Positions 17,869-27,159 are shown, counted from the first letter of the stretch. The stretch is DNA of 64,000 nt from Nitrospinales bacterium (GCA_965223345.1 CBDCWG010000012.1:1952001-2016000); one strand, 5' to 3'. Made by a program: numbers and translations. The notes: generated from the letters alone by a model not told the origin.

Positions 17869-18875
17869 AAGAAAAGTTCTTTTACCTCCTTTCTCAAATT
17901 CAAATAAAAAAGCCCTTAAAAAATTTTGGCTTAACAATCTTATTGGTAGTTGCAGTGGCGCTACTTGTGTGGGGATTCTGGCAGGTTCCGAAATGGATGA
18001 TCAATGACTTAAAAAAATCAGCTAGGGGTATAAGCATTGAAAAAAGAATAGAGCTAGAAAGCGATGCACGCAAAACCCTAGCTCAAATAGTGGCAGGATT
18101 CGTTGTTGCCTTAGGCATATATGCTGCTTGGAGGCGCTCTGATGCCCACTTTGAGCAAGTAGCAGTAAGTCAGGAAGCCAATATTACTGAGCGATTCACA
18201 AAAGCTATTGAACAATTAGCGAACAAAGAATCTTTGGCAATTCGTTTGGGGGGTATCTATGCTTTGGAGAGAATAGCGAAAGATTCTTCAAAAGATCTTC
18301 CACAAATTGTAGAAGTACTCACAGCTTTTGTAAGAGAAAATTGTTCTAAAAAGAAGAGAATAGAAATAGTGTTTACTGACGAAGAAGGAAATCAATTAGA
18401 CGAAGAGGGAAGAAATATAGAAAGCATAGAAACGGATATTCAGGCCATCTTGACAGTCCTCGGTCGAATGGATGGAAAACCAGAGATGGATTTGTCAGAA
18501 TTAGACCTCAATAGAGCAAACCTCCGTATGGCAAATCTCAAAGGAATAAATTTTAGTGGGGCAAACTTATTCAGGGCGAATTTCCTTTGTGCTGATCTCA
18601 CGGAAGCAAATTTTGTGATAACAAACCTTTGCTCTGCGGAATTTGCTGGGGTAATTCTTGTTGATGCTGAACTCGCTGGAGGAAATCTTCAAGGCGCTCA
18701 CTTAGGAAGTGCCAAACTTGAAAGAGCAAACCTTTGGGGAACTGATTTAAAAAATACCTTTAATTTGACAGCCAAACAGATCCAAGAATCCAGGATTGAT
18801 AGATCAACAATACTACCCACAAACTTAAAAGTTACTTGGACTTCAGATAATAAATTTACATGTGAGGATGTTTAA
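17865..18875 (+). CDS. Membrane-anchored pentapeptide-repeat protein
   Basis: Two N-terminal TMs, ITERFTKAIEQL...IRLGGIYALERIA...DIQAILTVLGR, then A(N/D)Lxx pentapeptide repeats; visibly AT-rich. Confidence 0.9.
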   Translation: MKEKFFYLLSQIQIKKPLKNFGLTILLVVAVALLVWGFWQVPKWMINDLKKSARGISIEKRIELESDARKTLAQIVAGFVVALGIYAAWRRSDAHFEQVAVSQEANITERFTKAIEQLANKESLAIRLGGIYALERIAKDSSKDLPQIVEVLTAFVRENCSKKKRIEIVFTDEEGNQLDEEGRNIESIETDIQAILTVLGRMDGKPEMDLSELDLNRANLRMANLKGINFSGANLFRANFLCADLTEANFVITNLCSAEFAGVILVDAELAGGNLQGAHLGSAKLERANLWGTDLKNTFNLTAKQIQESRIDRSTILPTNLKVTWTSDNKFTCEDV

Positions 18876-18920
18876 TCATTTGGAGTCTAATTTTTGTCAG
18901 TAATTTTTAAATCAATTTTC

Positions 18921-18980
18921 CTTTGCGTCTTCGCGCCTTTGCGCGAGGCCGCTTTTCGCCTTTATCCTGTGATCCTGTCT
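18921..18980 (-). repeat. Right copy of ACAGGAT...CGCGCAAAG-type repeat (IR-A right)
   Basis: Reverse complement reads agacaggatcacaggataaaggcgaaaagcggcctcgcgcaaaggcgcgaagacgcaaag; abuts the mazG stop. Confidence 0.8.
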
Positions 18981-19794
18981 AACTGCTTTTCTTCGCCTTC
19001 TGCCACAACTGTTCCAGCTCGTCGAGGGGGGTGTCTTTCATCTGTTTGCCGGATTGGGCGAGTTGCTGTTCCATGTACTGAAAGCGCTGGATGAATTTGT
19101 TGTTGGTGCTGCGCAGCGCTTCCTCGGCGTCGATCTTCTGGAAGCGGCCGAGGTTGACCAGCACGAACAGGATGTCGCCGAACTCGCTTTCGATGTCGTT
19201 CTCCCTGCCGGATAACACCGCTTCCTTGAACTCGGCGATTTCCTCGTCCAGCTTGTCGAACACGGCGGTGATCTGATCCCAGTCGAAGCCGTTCTTCGCG
19301 GCTTTCTTCTGCAGCTTCTGCGCCCGCGCCAGACCCGGCAGGTGGTGCGGGATGCCATCGAGCAGCGACTCGCGTTTGGATTTGCCCTTCTCGTTTTTCT
19401 TGATCTCCTCCCACTGGTGTACCACGGCGTCCGGCGTGTCGGCCTCGGCGTCCTTGAAGACGTGCGGGTGCCGGTGCACCATCTTCTCGCTGATGGTGTT
19501 CACCACGTCCTGAATGGCGAACTCCTGGTTGTTCTCGGCGATCTTGGCGTGAAACAGGATCTGGTAGAGCAGGTCGCCCAGTTCTTCCTTGATGGCGTCG
19601 GGATCATTGCTGTCGAGCGCTTCCAGGGTTTCGTAGGCTTCCTCGACGAGATAGGGTTTCAGCGATTCGCGGGTCTGTACGCGGTCCCAAGGGCAGCCGT
19701 TTTCGCTCATCAGGGCGTTGACGATGGCGACGAGGTTGTTGAAGGCTTCGGCCGGGTCGTTGCTGTGGGTTTTCATAAGATCGTTACGCTTCAT
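18979..19794 (-). CDS. mazG: Nucleoside triphosphate pyrophosphohydrolase (tandem MazG)
   Basis: GCPWDRVQT, EEAYE, EELGDLL, RHPHVF, EFGDILF, NNKFIQRF. Confidence 0.96.
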   Translation of the reverse strand: MKRNDLMKTHSNDPAEAFNNLVAIVNALMSENGCPWDRVQTRESLKPYLVEEAYETLEALDSNDPDAIKEELGDLLYQILFHAKIAENNQEFAIQDVVNTISEKMVHRHPHVFKDAEADTPDAVVHQWEEIKKNEKGKSKRESLLDGIPHHLPGLARAQKLQKKAAKNGFDWDQITAVFDKLDEEIAEFKEAVLSGRENDIESEFGDILFVLVNLGRFQKIDAEEALRSTNNKFIQRFQYMEQQLAQSGKQMKDTPLDELEQLWQKAKKSS

Positions 19795-19824
19795 TCAAAG
19801 TTAGAGATAGATTGAGTCGGAAAA

Positions 19825-20970
19825 TCAGTTCGTGTCGATGAATTCCAGAATCACCGAATCGGCGAGATACAGGCCTTCGGGCGACAGGGCGAGCCGCCCG
19901 CCTTCCAGTGTGATGAGTTTTTTTGCCATCAGATCGCGCGCTGTCTCGCCGTACACGGTGTCAAACGAAGTGTCGAAGCGTTTTTCAAACGCGCCGATGG
20001 GAACGCCTTCGAGCAGACGCAGCCCGAGCATGAGGGTTTCGCCCATGACCTGGCGCGGCTTAAGCCGTTCGGCGAATTCCACCGCCTGCCCGGTTTCCTC
20101 GACTTCCTGGATGTAGCGCGAGGGAAGGTTGCGGTTTTTAAAACGCGCGCCGTCGAGGTATGACACCGCGCCCGCGCCGAGGCCCAGGGTGTCGGCGTTG
20201 TGCCAGTAGGTCAGGTTGTGGCGGCACTGTTTCCCCGGCTTGCAGAAATTGGAGATTTCGTAATGCTCGTAGCCCGCGGCTTTTAGAACATCGATGGTTT
20301 TTTTGTACTGCGCAAGCTGCAACTCCTCCGGCGGCATCTTAAGTTTGCCCTGCGCGTGCAGTTTGTGAAACGCGGTGCCCGGTTCGATGGTCAGGTTGTA
20401 GGTGGAGAGATGCGGCGGATCGAACGCCAGCGCTTTTTGTAAATGGCTTTCCCACTTTTCGAGACTCTGGCCCGGAAGGGCGAACATCAGATCCAGCGAA
20501 TAATTGTCGAACCCGGCCTGCTGGATGGACTCGACGGTGCGGTGCACATCCGCCACATCGTGGATGCGCTCCAGCAGTTTGAGCTCGTCTGCGTCGAAAG
20601 ACTGCACGCCGATGCTGATGCGGTTGACCCCGGCCAATTTGAGGGTTTTGAGGGCCTCGGGCGTCAGGGTGGCCGGGTTGGCCTCGACAGTGATCTCGCA
20701 ATTTGAGTCGATATCAAAGTGCCGGGCACAGGCCGCAAGCAGGGCCTCCAGCGAGGAGGCGGGCAGGGTGGTGGGGGTGCCGCCGCCCAGAAAGATCGAA
20801 TGCAGCCTGGGTTTTGCCTCGAAACCCTGCGCCCGGTGTGCCATCTCCTTCAGGCAGGCGGCCACGTAGGCGTCGGTTTCCCCGCTGTTTACCGGGTGCG
20901 AGTTGAAATCGCAGTAGCCGCATTTGTGCACGCAGTAGGGAATGTGGATGTATAAACCCAGGGAGTTCAT
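19825..20970 (-). CDS. hemW: Radical SAM heme chaperone HemW (HemN-like)
   Basis: YIHIPYCVHKCGYCDFNS, GGGTPT, YEISNF, HNLTYW. Confidence 0.92.
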   Translation of the reverse strand: MNSLGLYIHIPYCVHKCGYCDFNSHPVNSGETDAYVAACLKEMAHRAQGFEAKPRLHSIFLGGGTPTTLPASSLEALLAACARHFDIDSNCEITVEANPATLTPEALKTLKLAGVNRISIGVQSFDADELKLLERIHDVADVHRTVESIQQAGFDNYSLDLMFALPGQSLEKWESHLQKALAFDPPHLSTYNLTIEPGTAFHKLHAQGKLKMPPEELQLAQYKKTIDVLKAAGYEHYEISNFCKPGKQCRHNLTYWHNADTLGLGAGAVSYLDGARFKNRNLPSRYIQEVEETGQAVEFAERLKPRQVMGETLMLGLRLLEGVPIGAFEKRFDTSFDTVYGETARDLMAKKLITLEGGRLALSPEGLYLADSVILEFIDTN

Positions 20971-21170
20971 GGTAAAATCGAGTGTTGAACGGCCTCCTTT
21001 TTTCCGGGAAGCGGGGCCTTTTTTAGGTGCTTTTCGGGCGATTTTTGCCGCCCGCTGCATCCGCCGGACGGCTAAACGACGCCAGCCAAAGGGCTTGCGT
21101 GCGTCGGGCCCAGTGTACACCGTATTGCTTTGAGCTTGCGAATTTAAATGGACATCCCCACTCAGACCGC

Positions 21171-22088
21171 GTGAATACGGAAACGGATTACAGATCCGGA
21201 TACGTCAGCATCATCGGCAAACCCAATGTCGGAAAATCCACCCTCCTGAATCGTCTGGTTCCCAGAAAGATCGCGGCGATGTCGGGCAAACCGCAGACCA
21301 CGCGCAACAAGATCACCGGCGTGGTGCATCTGCCCGGCGGTCAGGTCATCCTGGTGGACACGCCCGGCATTCATCAATCGACGGCGAAGCTGAATCAGCT
21401 GATGGTGCGGGCGAGTCTGAGCACGCTCAATGATGTCGATCTGATCCTGTTCGTCATCGACGCGAAGGAGGGGTTCCGGCCGGAGGACGAATTCGTGCTG
21501 CAGGCGCTGGACAAGGTGGAAACGCCGAAAATCCTGGCGATCAACAAGATCGACCTGGTGCCCAAGCCGCGGATCCTGGAGCTGATGGCCGAGCTCAACG
21601 AGCGCGCCGCGTTCGCCGAGATCGTGCCGATCTCCGCCCTCAACCGGGACGGGCTGGATATCCTGGGGGCGGTGCTGCTCAAGCGGCTGCCGGTGGGGCC
21701 GCGCTATTTTCCGGAGGACATGATCACCGACTGCCCGGAGGAATTCTTGATGGGCGAGATCATCCGCGAGAAGATCATCCACCAGACGCACCAGGAATTG
21801 CCCTATTCGGTGGCGGTGACGGTCGATTCGGTGCAGGAGAACGAGCGCGGCGTGCTGATGCTGGACGCCACGGTGGTAGCGGAAAAACCGTCGCAGAAAA
21901 AGATCCTGATCGGCAACAAGGGCGCGATGCTGAAGAAAGTGGGCACCCTGGCGCGGAAAGAAATCGAGAAACGTTTTGCCATCAAAACCTATCTAAGACT
22001 ATTTGTGAAGGTCAAATCCCGCTGGCGGGAGAACGACCGGTCCATTCAGGAATTCGGATACGCGCATGATTCATATAAAGAGCGATGA
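21171..22088 (+). CDS. era: GTPase Era
   Basis: GKPNVGKS, QTTR, DTPG, NKID and KH domain (ELPYS, ILIGNKG); GTG start 21171 inferred. Confidence 0.96.
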   Translation: MNTETDYRSGYVSIIGKPNVGKSTLLNRLVPRKIAAMSGKPQTTRNKITGVVHLPGGQVILVDTPGIHQSTAKLNQLMVRASLSTLNDVDLILFVIDAKEGFRPEDEFVLQALDKVETPKILAINKIDLVPKPRILELMAELNERAAFAEIVPISALNRDGLDILGAVLLKRLPVGPRYFPEDMITDCPEEFLMGEIIREKIIHQTHQELPYSVAVTVDSVQENERGVLMLDATVVAEKPSQKKILIGNKGAMLKKVGTLARKEIEKRFAIKTYLRLFVKVKSRWRENDRSIQEFGYAHDSYKER

Positions 22089-22830
22089 AGAAATCGAGGT
22101 CATGAAGGAGTCCTGCCGCCTGGCGGCGGAGGTGCTGCTGATGATCGAGCCCTATGTGAAGCCGGGGGTCACCACCGGCGAGCTCAACGACATCTGCCAC
22201 GACTACATCGTGGCGAAGGGCGCCATTCCCTCGCCGCTGAATTACCGCGGGTTCCCCAAGAGCATCTGCTCGTCGGTGAACGATGAGATTTGCCACGGCA
22301 TCCCCTCGGACCGCAAGCTGCGCAACGGCGACGTGGTGAACCTGGATATCACGACCTACTTCAAGGATTTTCACGGCGACACCAGCAAGACCTTCTTCGT
22401 GGGGTCGCCGCGCTCGAAAGCCGCCAAGTTGGTGGACACCTGCCGGGAAGCGCTGCAGCGCGGCATCGAGGCGGTGAAGCCGGGCGCGCGCACCGGCGAC
22501 ATCGGGCACGCCATCCAGAAATTCGTCGAGCCCCGGGGCTACTCCATCGTGCGCGAGTTCTGCGGCCACGGGATCGGCCGGAACTTTCACGAGGAGCCGC
22601 AGATCCTGCACTTCGGCCAGAAAGGGGAGGGCGTGGAACTCAAGCGCGGCATGGTGTTCACCATCGAGCCCATGATCAACCAGGGACGTCCCGACCTCAA
22701 GATCCTTCCCGACAAGTGGACGGCGGTCACGAAAGACGGATCGCTGTCCGCCCAGTTCGAGCACACCCTGTGCGTCACCGCAGACGGCGCGGAAGTGCTC
22801 ACCCGCCTCGACGGCAAGACCCGCTTCTGA
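22066..22830 (+). CDS. map: Type I methionine aminopeptidase
   Basis: CSSVNDEICHGIP, HGDTS, GHGIG, TIEPM, AQFEHT. Confidence 0.97.
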   Translation: MIHIKSDEEIEVMKESCRLAAEVLLMIEPYVKPGVTTGELNDICHDYIVAKGAIPSPLNYRGFPKSICSSVNDEICHGIPSDRKLRNGDVVNLDITTYFKDFHGDTSKTFFVGSPRSKAAKLVDTCREALQRGIEAVKPGARTGDIGHAIQKFVEPRGYSIVREFCGHGIGRNFHEEPQILHFGQKGEGVELKRGMVFTIEPMINQGRPDLKILPDKWTAVTKDGSLSAQFEHTLCVTADGAEVLTRLDGKTRF

Positions 22831-23125
22831 AAAAAATCCTCAAACTTCATTTTTTCCTTCTTGATAGCTGTTTTCGTTTTGCTGATTGCACGGTTCGCCG
22901 AGCTGCGTCAAGCGCCTGTTTTTGCGGGCTCGTAACTGTGCGCGGGGTTTCGATGTTTCTACCGGGTTTCCGGAACTGATACCCATTCTCACTTTGTGGG
23001 TTGATAGTAACTCGTTTAAAAATAATACTTTGAAAGCGAATTGGGATTTGATAACGTGATCGAAGATCCCGTCTTAGCACAGGAACCGTTGCGCATTCAC
23101 TATTTTCTATTCAGGAGGAATCACC

Positions 23126-23596
23126 ATGCAAGGGGACGCAAAGGTCATCGAGGCGTTGAACGATGTTCTCATGGCGGAACTGACCGCCATCAATATTTAT
23201 TACATTCATTACAAGATGCAGGAAAACTGGGGCTACAAAAAGCTGGCGCATCATTCCCGGGAAGAATCGATGGGAGAGATGAAGCACGGCGATCAGGTGA
23301 TCGAGCGGATCCTGTTCCTCGACGGGGTTCCCAACATGGCGCGCTACGACGAGGTGCTGGTGGGCGATACCTGTGAAGAGCAGCTCAAGAACGAATACAC
23401 GATCGAGACCCGCCATGTGGAGCGGCTGCGCAACCACATCCAGCTTTGTATCGATAAAAAGGATTTCGGCACCAAGGAGATTCTCGACTCGATTCTGGAA
23501 GAAACGGAAGAGAGTGTGGACTGGCTGGAAACGCAGTTTCAGCGCATCAAGGATGTCGGCATCGAAAACTACCTGGCCGAGCACATGCACGATTGA
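23126..23596 (+). CDS. bfr: Bacterioferritin with atypical ferroxidase centre
   Basis: MQGDAKVI...EMKH...IERILFLDG...DWLETQ; heme Met52 present; AGGAGG RBS. Confidence 0.93.
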   Translation: MQGDAKVIEALNDVLMAELTAINIYYIHYKMQENWGYKKLAHHSREESMGEMKHGDQVIERILFLDGVPNMARYDEVLVGDTCEEQLKNEYTIETRHVERLRNHIQLCIDKKDFGTKEILDSILEETEESVDWLETQFQRIKDVGIENYLAEHMHD

Positions 23597-23607
23597 TTGC
23601 AGGGCGT

Positions 23608-23629
23608 CCGGATTCTCAACAGAATCCGG
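23608..23629. terminator. Hairpin between convergent bfr and fur
   Basis: ccggattct-caac-agaatccgg 9-bp stem. Confidence 0.4.
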
Positions 23630-23644
23630 ACGCCGCTGCGGTTT

Positions 23645-24115
23645 TCAACCGCCGTTCTTTCTGGCCGTCGCTGTGGAATGGGACTTCTGGCACTCGGGGC
23701 AGATGCCGGTGATTTCCATGCGGTGATGGTTCAGGGTGAACCCGTGCGATTGGCAGACTTCCAGTTGGTACTTTTCGATGAGCGGGTGCTCGAATTCCAC
23801 GATCTTCCCGCATTGCAGACAAATGAGATGATCGTGGTGCCCCTGCCGGTACAGCTTTTCGTAAAACCGCTTGCCTTTCGTCCCCGCGCTGTCGTGCTCG
23901 CGCACCAGACCGCATTCGGTCAGCAGGTTCATGGTCCGGTACACCGTGGCGATGCCGATGGAAGCGTCCCTCCTCAACACCGCCTCGTGCAATTCGGGGA
24001 TCCTCACATGCCCGTCGAATTGCAAAAACACCTCCAGCACAATTTGACGCTGAAACGTCCAGCGCAGGCGTTGCTCTTTCAGGAAATCCTTGAATATCTG
24101 GGCTTCTCCCAGCAT
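23645..24115 (-). CDS. fur: Ferric uptake regulator family protein
   Basis: TFQRQIVL, IATVYRT, HHDHLICLQCG, GICPEC. Confidence 0.93.
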   Translation of the reverse strand: MLGEAQIFKDFLKEQRLRWTFQRQIVLEVFLQFDGHVRIPELHEAVLRRDASIGIATVYRTMNLLTECGLVREHDSAGTKGKRFYEKLYRQGHHDHLICLQCGKIVEFEHPLIEKYQLEVCQSHGFTLNHHRMEITGICPECQKSHSTATARKNGG

Positions 24116-24132
24116 GGGCGCTCCTCAACTCT

Positions 24133-24151
24133 ATAAATGAGACTCATTATC
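24133..24151. promoter_or_regulatory. Fur-box-like site upstream of fur
   Basis: ataaatgagactcattatc, 14/19 match to GATAATGATAATCATTATC; core palindrome AATGAG-A-CTCATT. Confidence 0.7.
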
Positions 24152-24289
24152 AATATATAGAATCGCTTTGCAACTGAAAAAGGACTCAAACCGCCGGGAT
24201 CGCCGCATTTTCCGGAAGATGCAAAAGGTCTTGACCTATAATATTGATTTATATGGGATTAAAAATTTTCACGGTGATGAAAATTTTTG

Positions 24290-24334
24290 TTGACGCAGGA
24301 GGGGAAAGGGACTACTATATTGATAACCGTTCTC
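24290..24334 (+). promoter_or_regulatory. Sigma70-like promoter overlapped by a Fur-box-like site
   Basis: TTGACG (24290)-N17-TACTAT (24313); tatattgataaccgttctc (24316-24334) is a 14/19 match to the Fur consensus. Confidence 0.6.
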
Positions 24335-24364
24335 AACTAACTCGTTTGAGGGGAACACTTCAAG

Positions 24365-24619
24365 ATGAAACAGAAAAACAGAGTGATTCGAATATGCAGC
24401 GGGGCAGGGTGCAAGGCCTGGAATTCCGAGAGCATGGCCCGCAAGCTGGAAGGGCAGAGTGGCGGTCGAGTCCGGGTCTGCCGGGTGTCCTGCATGAAAA
24501 ATTGCGGCGGCGGTTTCAGTGTCGTGGATTCTTCAGCGCAGAAGATCATGAAGATCCGCCAGCCGGATGAAGCGATCCGCATTTTATTCGCGCAAGGGGC
24601 ACAGGCTGCTATGGCTTAG
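24365..24619 (+). CDS. Thioredoxin-like [2Fe-2S] ferredoxin-domain protein
   Basis: ICSGAGC ... CMKNCGGG (C-x4-C...C-x3-C), 84 aa. Confidence 0.75.
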   Translation: MKQKNRVIRICSGAGCKAWNSESMARKLEGQSGGRVRVCRVSCMKNCGGGFSVVDSSAQKIMKIRQPDEAIRILFAQGAQAAMA

Positions 24620-24644
24620 CCCCTGTTTTATATTTTTTTACTTT

Positions 24645-24663
24645 ATTAATGATAATGGATATC
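24645..24663. promoter_or_regulatory. Fur-box-like site
   Basis: attaatgataatggatatc, 14/19 match to the consensus. Confidence 0.45.
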
Positions 24664-24795
24664 AAAATCAAATGATGGGGCGATCCCGCGATCGTGCCAC
24701 GAGGTTGGGGATGCAAGCTGCAAAGACACCACGCTTTAAGTGAGCAGTTTGTCGTCTTCAAATCGTTCTTCCCATTCAACCTGTAGGAATTTGAC

Positions 24796-25224
24796 ATGCC
24801 GCTTTCGCCGAAACGGATTTTACTCGTCGATGGGGAACCGCAGCAGCGCATTCCCATCCTCACCATGCTGAAACGCTTCGGCTACATCGTGCAGACCGCC
24901 GGCCAGAGCCGGGTGGCGGACGCGATGCTGAAAAAGCACCGCTTCGATCTGATCATCGTGAACGACCGTCTGGCGGACATTGCCGGCAAGGAGTACCTGC
25001 GGCGCATCGGCAAAGAAAATGGCGGCAAGATGATTTTTCTTTCCAGCCAGGGCAGCGTCGAGGAATTTGTGCAGATCATCCAGCTGGGAGCGTTCGAGTA
25101 CGTCCGCAAGCCGATCAGCCCGGTGCAGTTTGCGGTGATCGTTTGCGACTTTTTCATCGAAAGCCTCAAAGACTATCAGATGCCGCTCGAAAAACTGGAA
25201 CCCGGCCGCAGGCTCGGGGCATGA
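24796..25224 (+). CDS. Single-domain (atypical) response regulator receiver
   Basis: RILLVDGE, FDLIIVND, MIFLSS, GAFEYVRKP. Confidence 0.8.
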   Translation: MPLSPKRILLVDGEPQQRIPILTMLKRFGYIVQTAGQSRVADAMLKKHRFDLIIVNDRLADIAGKEYLRRIGKENGGKMIFLSSQGSVEEFVQIIQLGAFEYVRKPISPVQFAVIVCDFFIESLKDYQMPLEKLEPGRRLGA

Positions 25225-25346
25225 GAATTTTGTGGGCGATCAACGTCATTCTGGCTGTCGTTGCGTTGATGTTGATCAGCTCGATCATGGTGCGATGGAT
25301 ATTTTTCACTCTGGTTGCAGGGGACGTCCCGGCGGCACTGAAGTGA
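25221..25346 (+). CDS. Putative 41-aa single-TM peptide
   Basis: MRILWAINVILAVVALMLISSIMVRWIFFTLVAGDVPAALK; ATGA overlap with the receiver gene stop. Confidence 0.4.
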   Translation: MRILWAINVILAVVALMLISSIMVRWIFFTLVAGDVPAALK

Positions 25347-25490
25347 CCGGAAAAAGTAAAGGAGCAGAATCGGTTAAACCGTATTGAGATTTGGGTTTTC
25401 AGCGTTCTAAACCAACGGGTGCGGGGAACGGCTGGAAATCCGAAGGGTGGAGGGGGGTTGCGCCCCCTCCATTTCAAAAGCAAGCGCATA

Positions 25491-25517
25491 GGGGACCCTT
25501 AAAGAGGGTTCCTTTTC
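25491..25517 (+). terminator. Rho-independent terminator-like hairpin
   Basis: ggggaccct-taaag-agggttcct followed by ttt. Confidence 0.5.
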
Positions 25518-25791
25518 ATTCCGGGTTGTGGCCGGAAACCCTCCCCAGCGAATGAAGCGAGTCCTTCTGGCGGGTTTTATTTTCCAAAAGGCAATGTTGT
25601 TTATTATTCAGAGTCGTGCGGGTGGTTTGCGCGCGGGATTGGGTGATCCGCTTTTTCCGCGACCATTCAGGCTAAGCATAAGCTGCTGATAAAAAACAGA
25701 TTTTTGTATTATTGACTCGAACCGCCGCATGCCGGTGGGCGCTTTCCCGCCTCAATCTCCTGAATTTAAAAATATTTATATAAAAAAGGAT

Positions 25792-25832
25792 TTGACAGAA
25801 GAGGCTAAATAAATATAATGAGAACCATTATC
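25792..25832 (+). promoter_or_regulatory. Consensus sigma70 promoter with overlapping Fur box (porin gene)
   Basis: TTGACA (25792)-N16-TATAAT (25814); tataatgagaaccattatc is a 16/19 match to the Fur consensus. Confidence 0.85.
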
Positions 25833-25914
25833 AAAAAATAGGCCCGCAGCACTGGTTAAATCGCTTGAATATTAATCAGTTGTGCAACTTTGCCTCAATG
25901 AGGAGGGAGAAGTA

Positions 25915-27159
25915 ATGAAACGAGATACCATTATCATTAAGGTCCTGGCGGTGTTGTTTTTCTTCTGCGCCACACCGGTTTTCGCGCAGAGCGTCAGCGA
26001 CCTGGAACGCAAGATCGACGCTTTATCGGATGAGATCGAAAGCCTGAAACTCGGTGGCGGCGGAGCGGGAAGCCCCGACCGGGTCAAGGTGCACGGTTAC
26101 GGAGAGGTGCACTTCAATCACAAGCCGGGCGGCGGCCAGACCGAGATCGACGCCCATCGGTTTGTCATCGGCATCCACGCTCAACTGGCGGACTGGATTC
26201 ACCTGAATGCGGAGATCGACTTCGAGCACGCGGCTCAGGAACTGGAATTCGAGTTCGGTTACCTGGACTTCCTGCTGAATCCGGCCGTCAACGCGCGGGC
26301 GGGTGTGGTGCTGGTGCCGGTCGGTTTTTTGAACGAGTTTCACGAGCCCAACCTGTTCTGGAGTGTCGAGCGGCCGTTTTTCCACAACCGGATCATCCCC
26401 ACCACCTGGTCCGCCGGCGGTGCGGGTATCTTCGGCACGCCAGCAGAAGGCATCAATTACCGCCTGTACGGGGTTGCGTCCCTGCAATCGCTGCGACCGG
26501 CGGGTTTTGATGCGGGCGGCGGCAACGGCGGCGGCGGCAACTCCGGCCAGTTCACCGGAGCGAGCGGCATCCGCAGCGGCCGATTGCAGGTCAACGAGCG
26601 TATCGCCGAAGACTGGGCGGCCACCGGCCGGCTGGAAGTGGCGAAATGGGTTCCGGGACTGCAACTGGGCGTGTCTTTCTACGCGGGCAACACCACCCAC
26701 GACATCATCGAGGAAGGCGGGTTCGTGTTCCTGATCGAAGGCGACATGAAATACCGGCTCAAGTGGTTCGAGATGAACGCCAGCATCGCCAACATCGATA
26801 TCAACGATTCGGAAGCCATCAACGCGTTCTGCGCCAGCGCGGTGGGCAATTGTACGTCGGACGTTGCGGACAACATCTTCGGCTGGAACGTGCAGGCCGG
26901 GGTGCACCTGCCGCAGTTGATGGGCTGGAACACCACGCACGACATCGTTCCGTTCTTCCTGTTCGAGAAGATCCGGCCGCAGGACAGCCTCTCCGGTGTG
27001 GACAACCCCAACCGGGCGAACAACTTCGACGTCATCACGGTCGGCGTTTCCTACCTGCCGATTCCCGCTGTGGCTTTGAAGACGGATTACCAGCACTTCA
27101 TGCTCGGGGACAACACGACCCGGGATCAGTTCAATGTGGGGATCGCCTATATGTACTAG
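25915..27159 (+). CDS. Outer-membrane porin (OprO/P-like beta-barrel), probably iron-regulated
   Basis: Signal peptide, short coiled coil, HGYGEVHF, EIDFEH, EFHEP and terminal GIAYMY aromatic beta-signal. Confidence 0.8.
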   Translation: MKRDTIIIKVLAVLFFFCATPVFAQSVSDLERKIDALSDEIESLKLGGGGAGSPDRVKVHGYGEVHFNHKPGGGQTEIDAHRFVIGIHAQLADWIHLNAEIDFEHAAQELEFEFGYLDFLLNPAVNARAGVVLVPVGFLNEFHEPNLFWSVERPFFHNRIIPTTWSAGGAGIFGTPAEGINYRLYGVASLQSLRPAGFDAGGGNGGGGNSGQFTGASGIRSGRLQVNERIAEDWAATGRLEVAKWVPGLQLGVSFYAGNTTHDIIEEGGFVFLIEGDMKYRLKWFEMNASIANIDINDSEAINAFCASAVGNCTSDVADNIFGWNVQAGVHLPQLMGWNTTHDIVPFFLFEKIRPQDSLSGVDNPNRANNFDVITVGVSYLPIPAVALKTDYQHFMLGDNTTRDQFNVGIAYMY

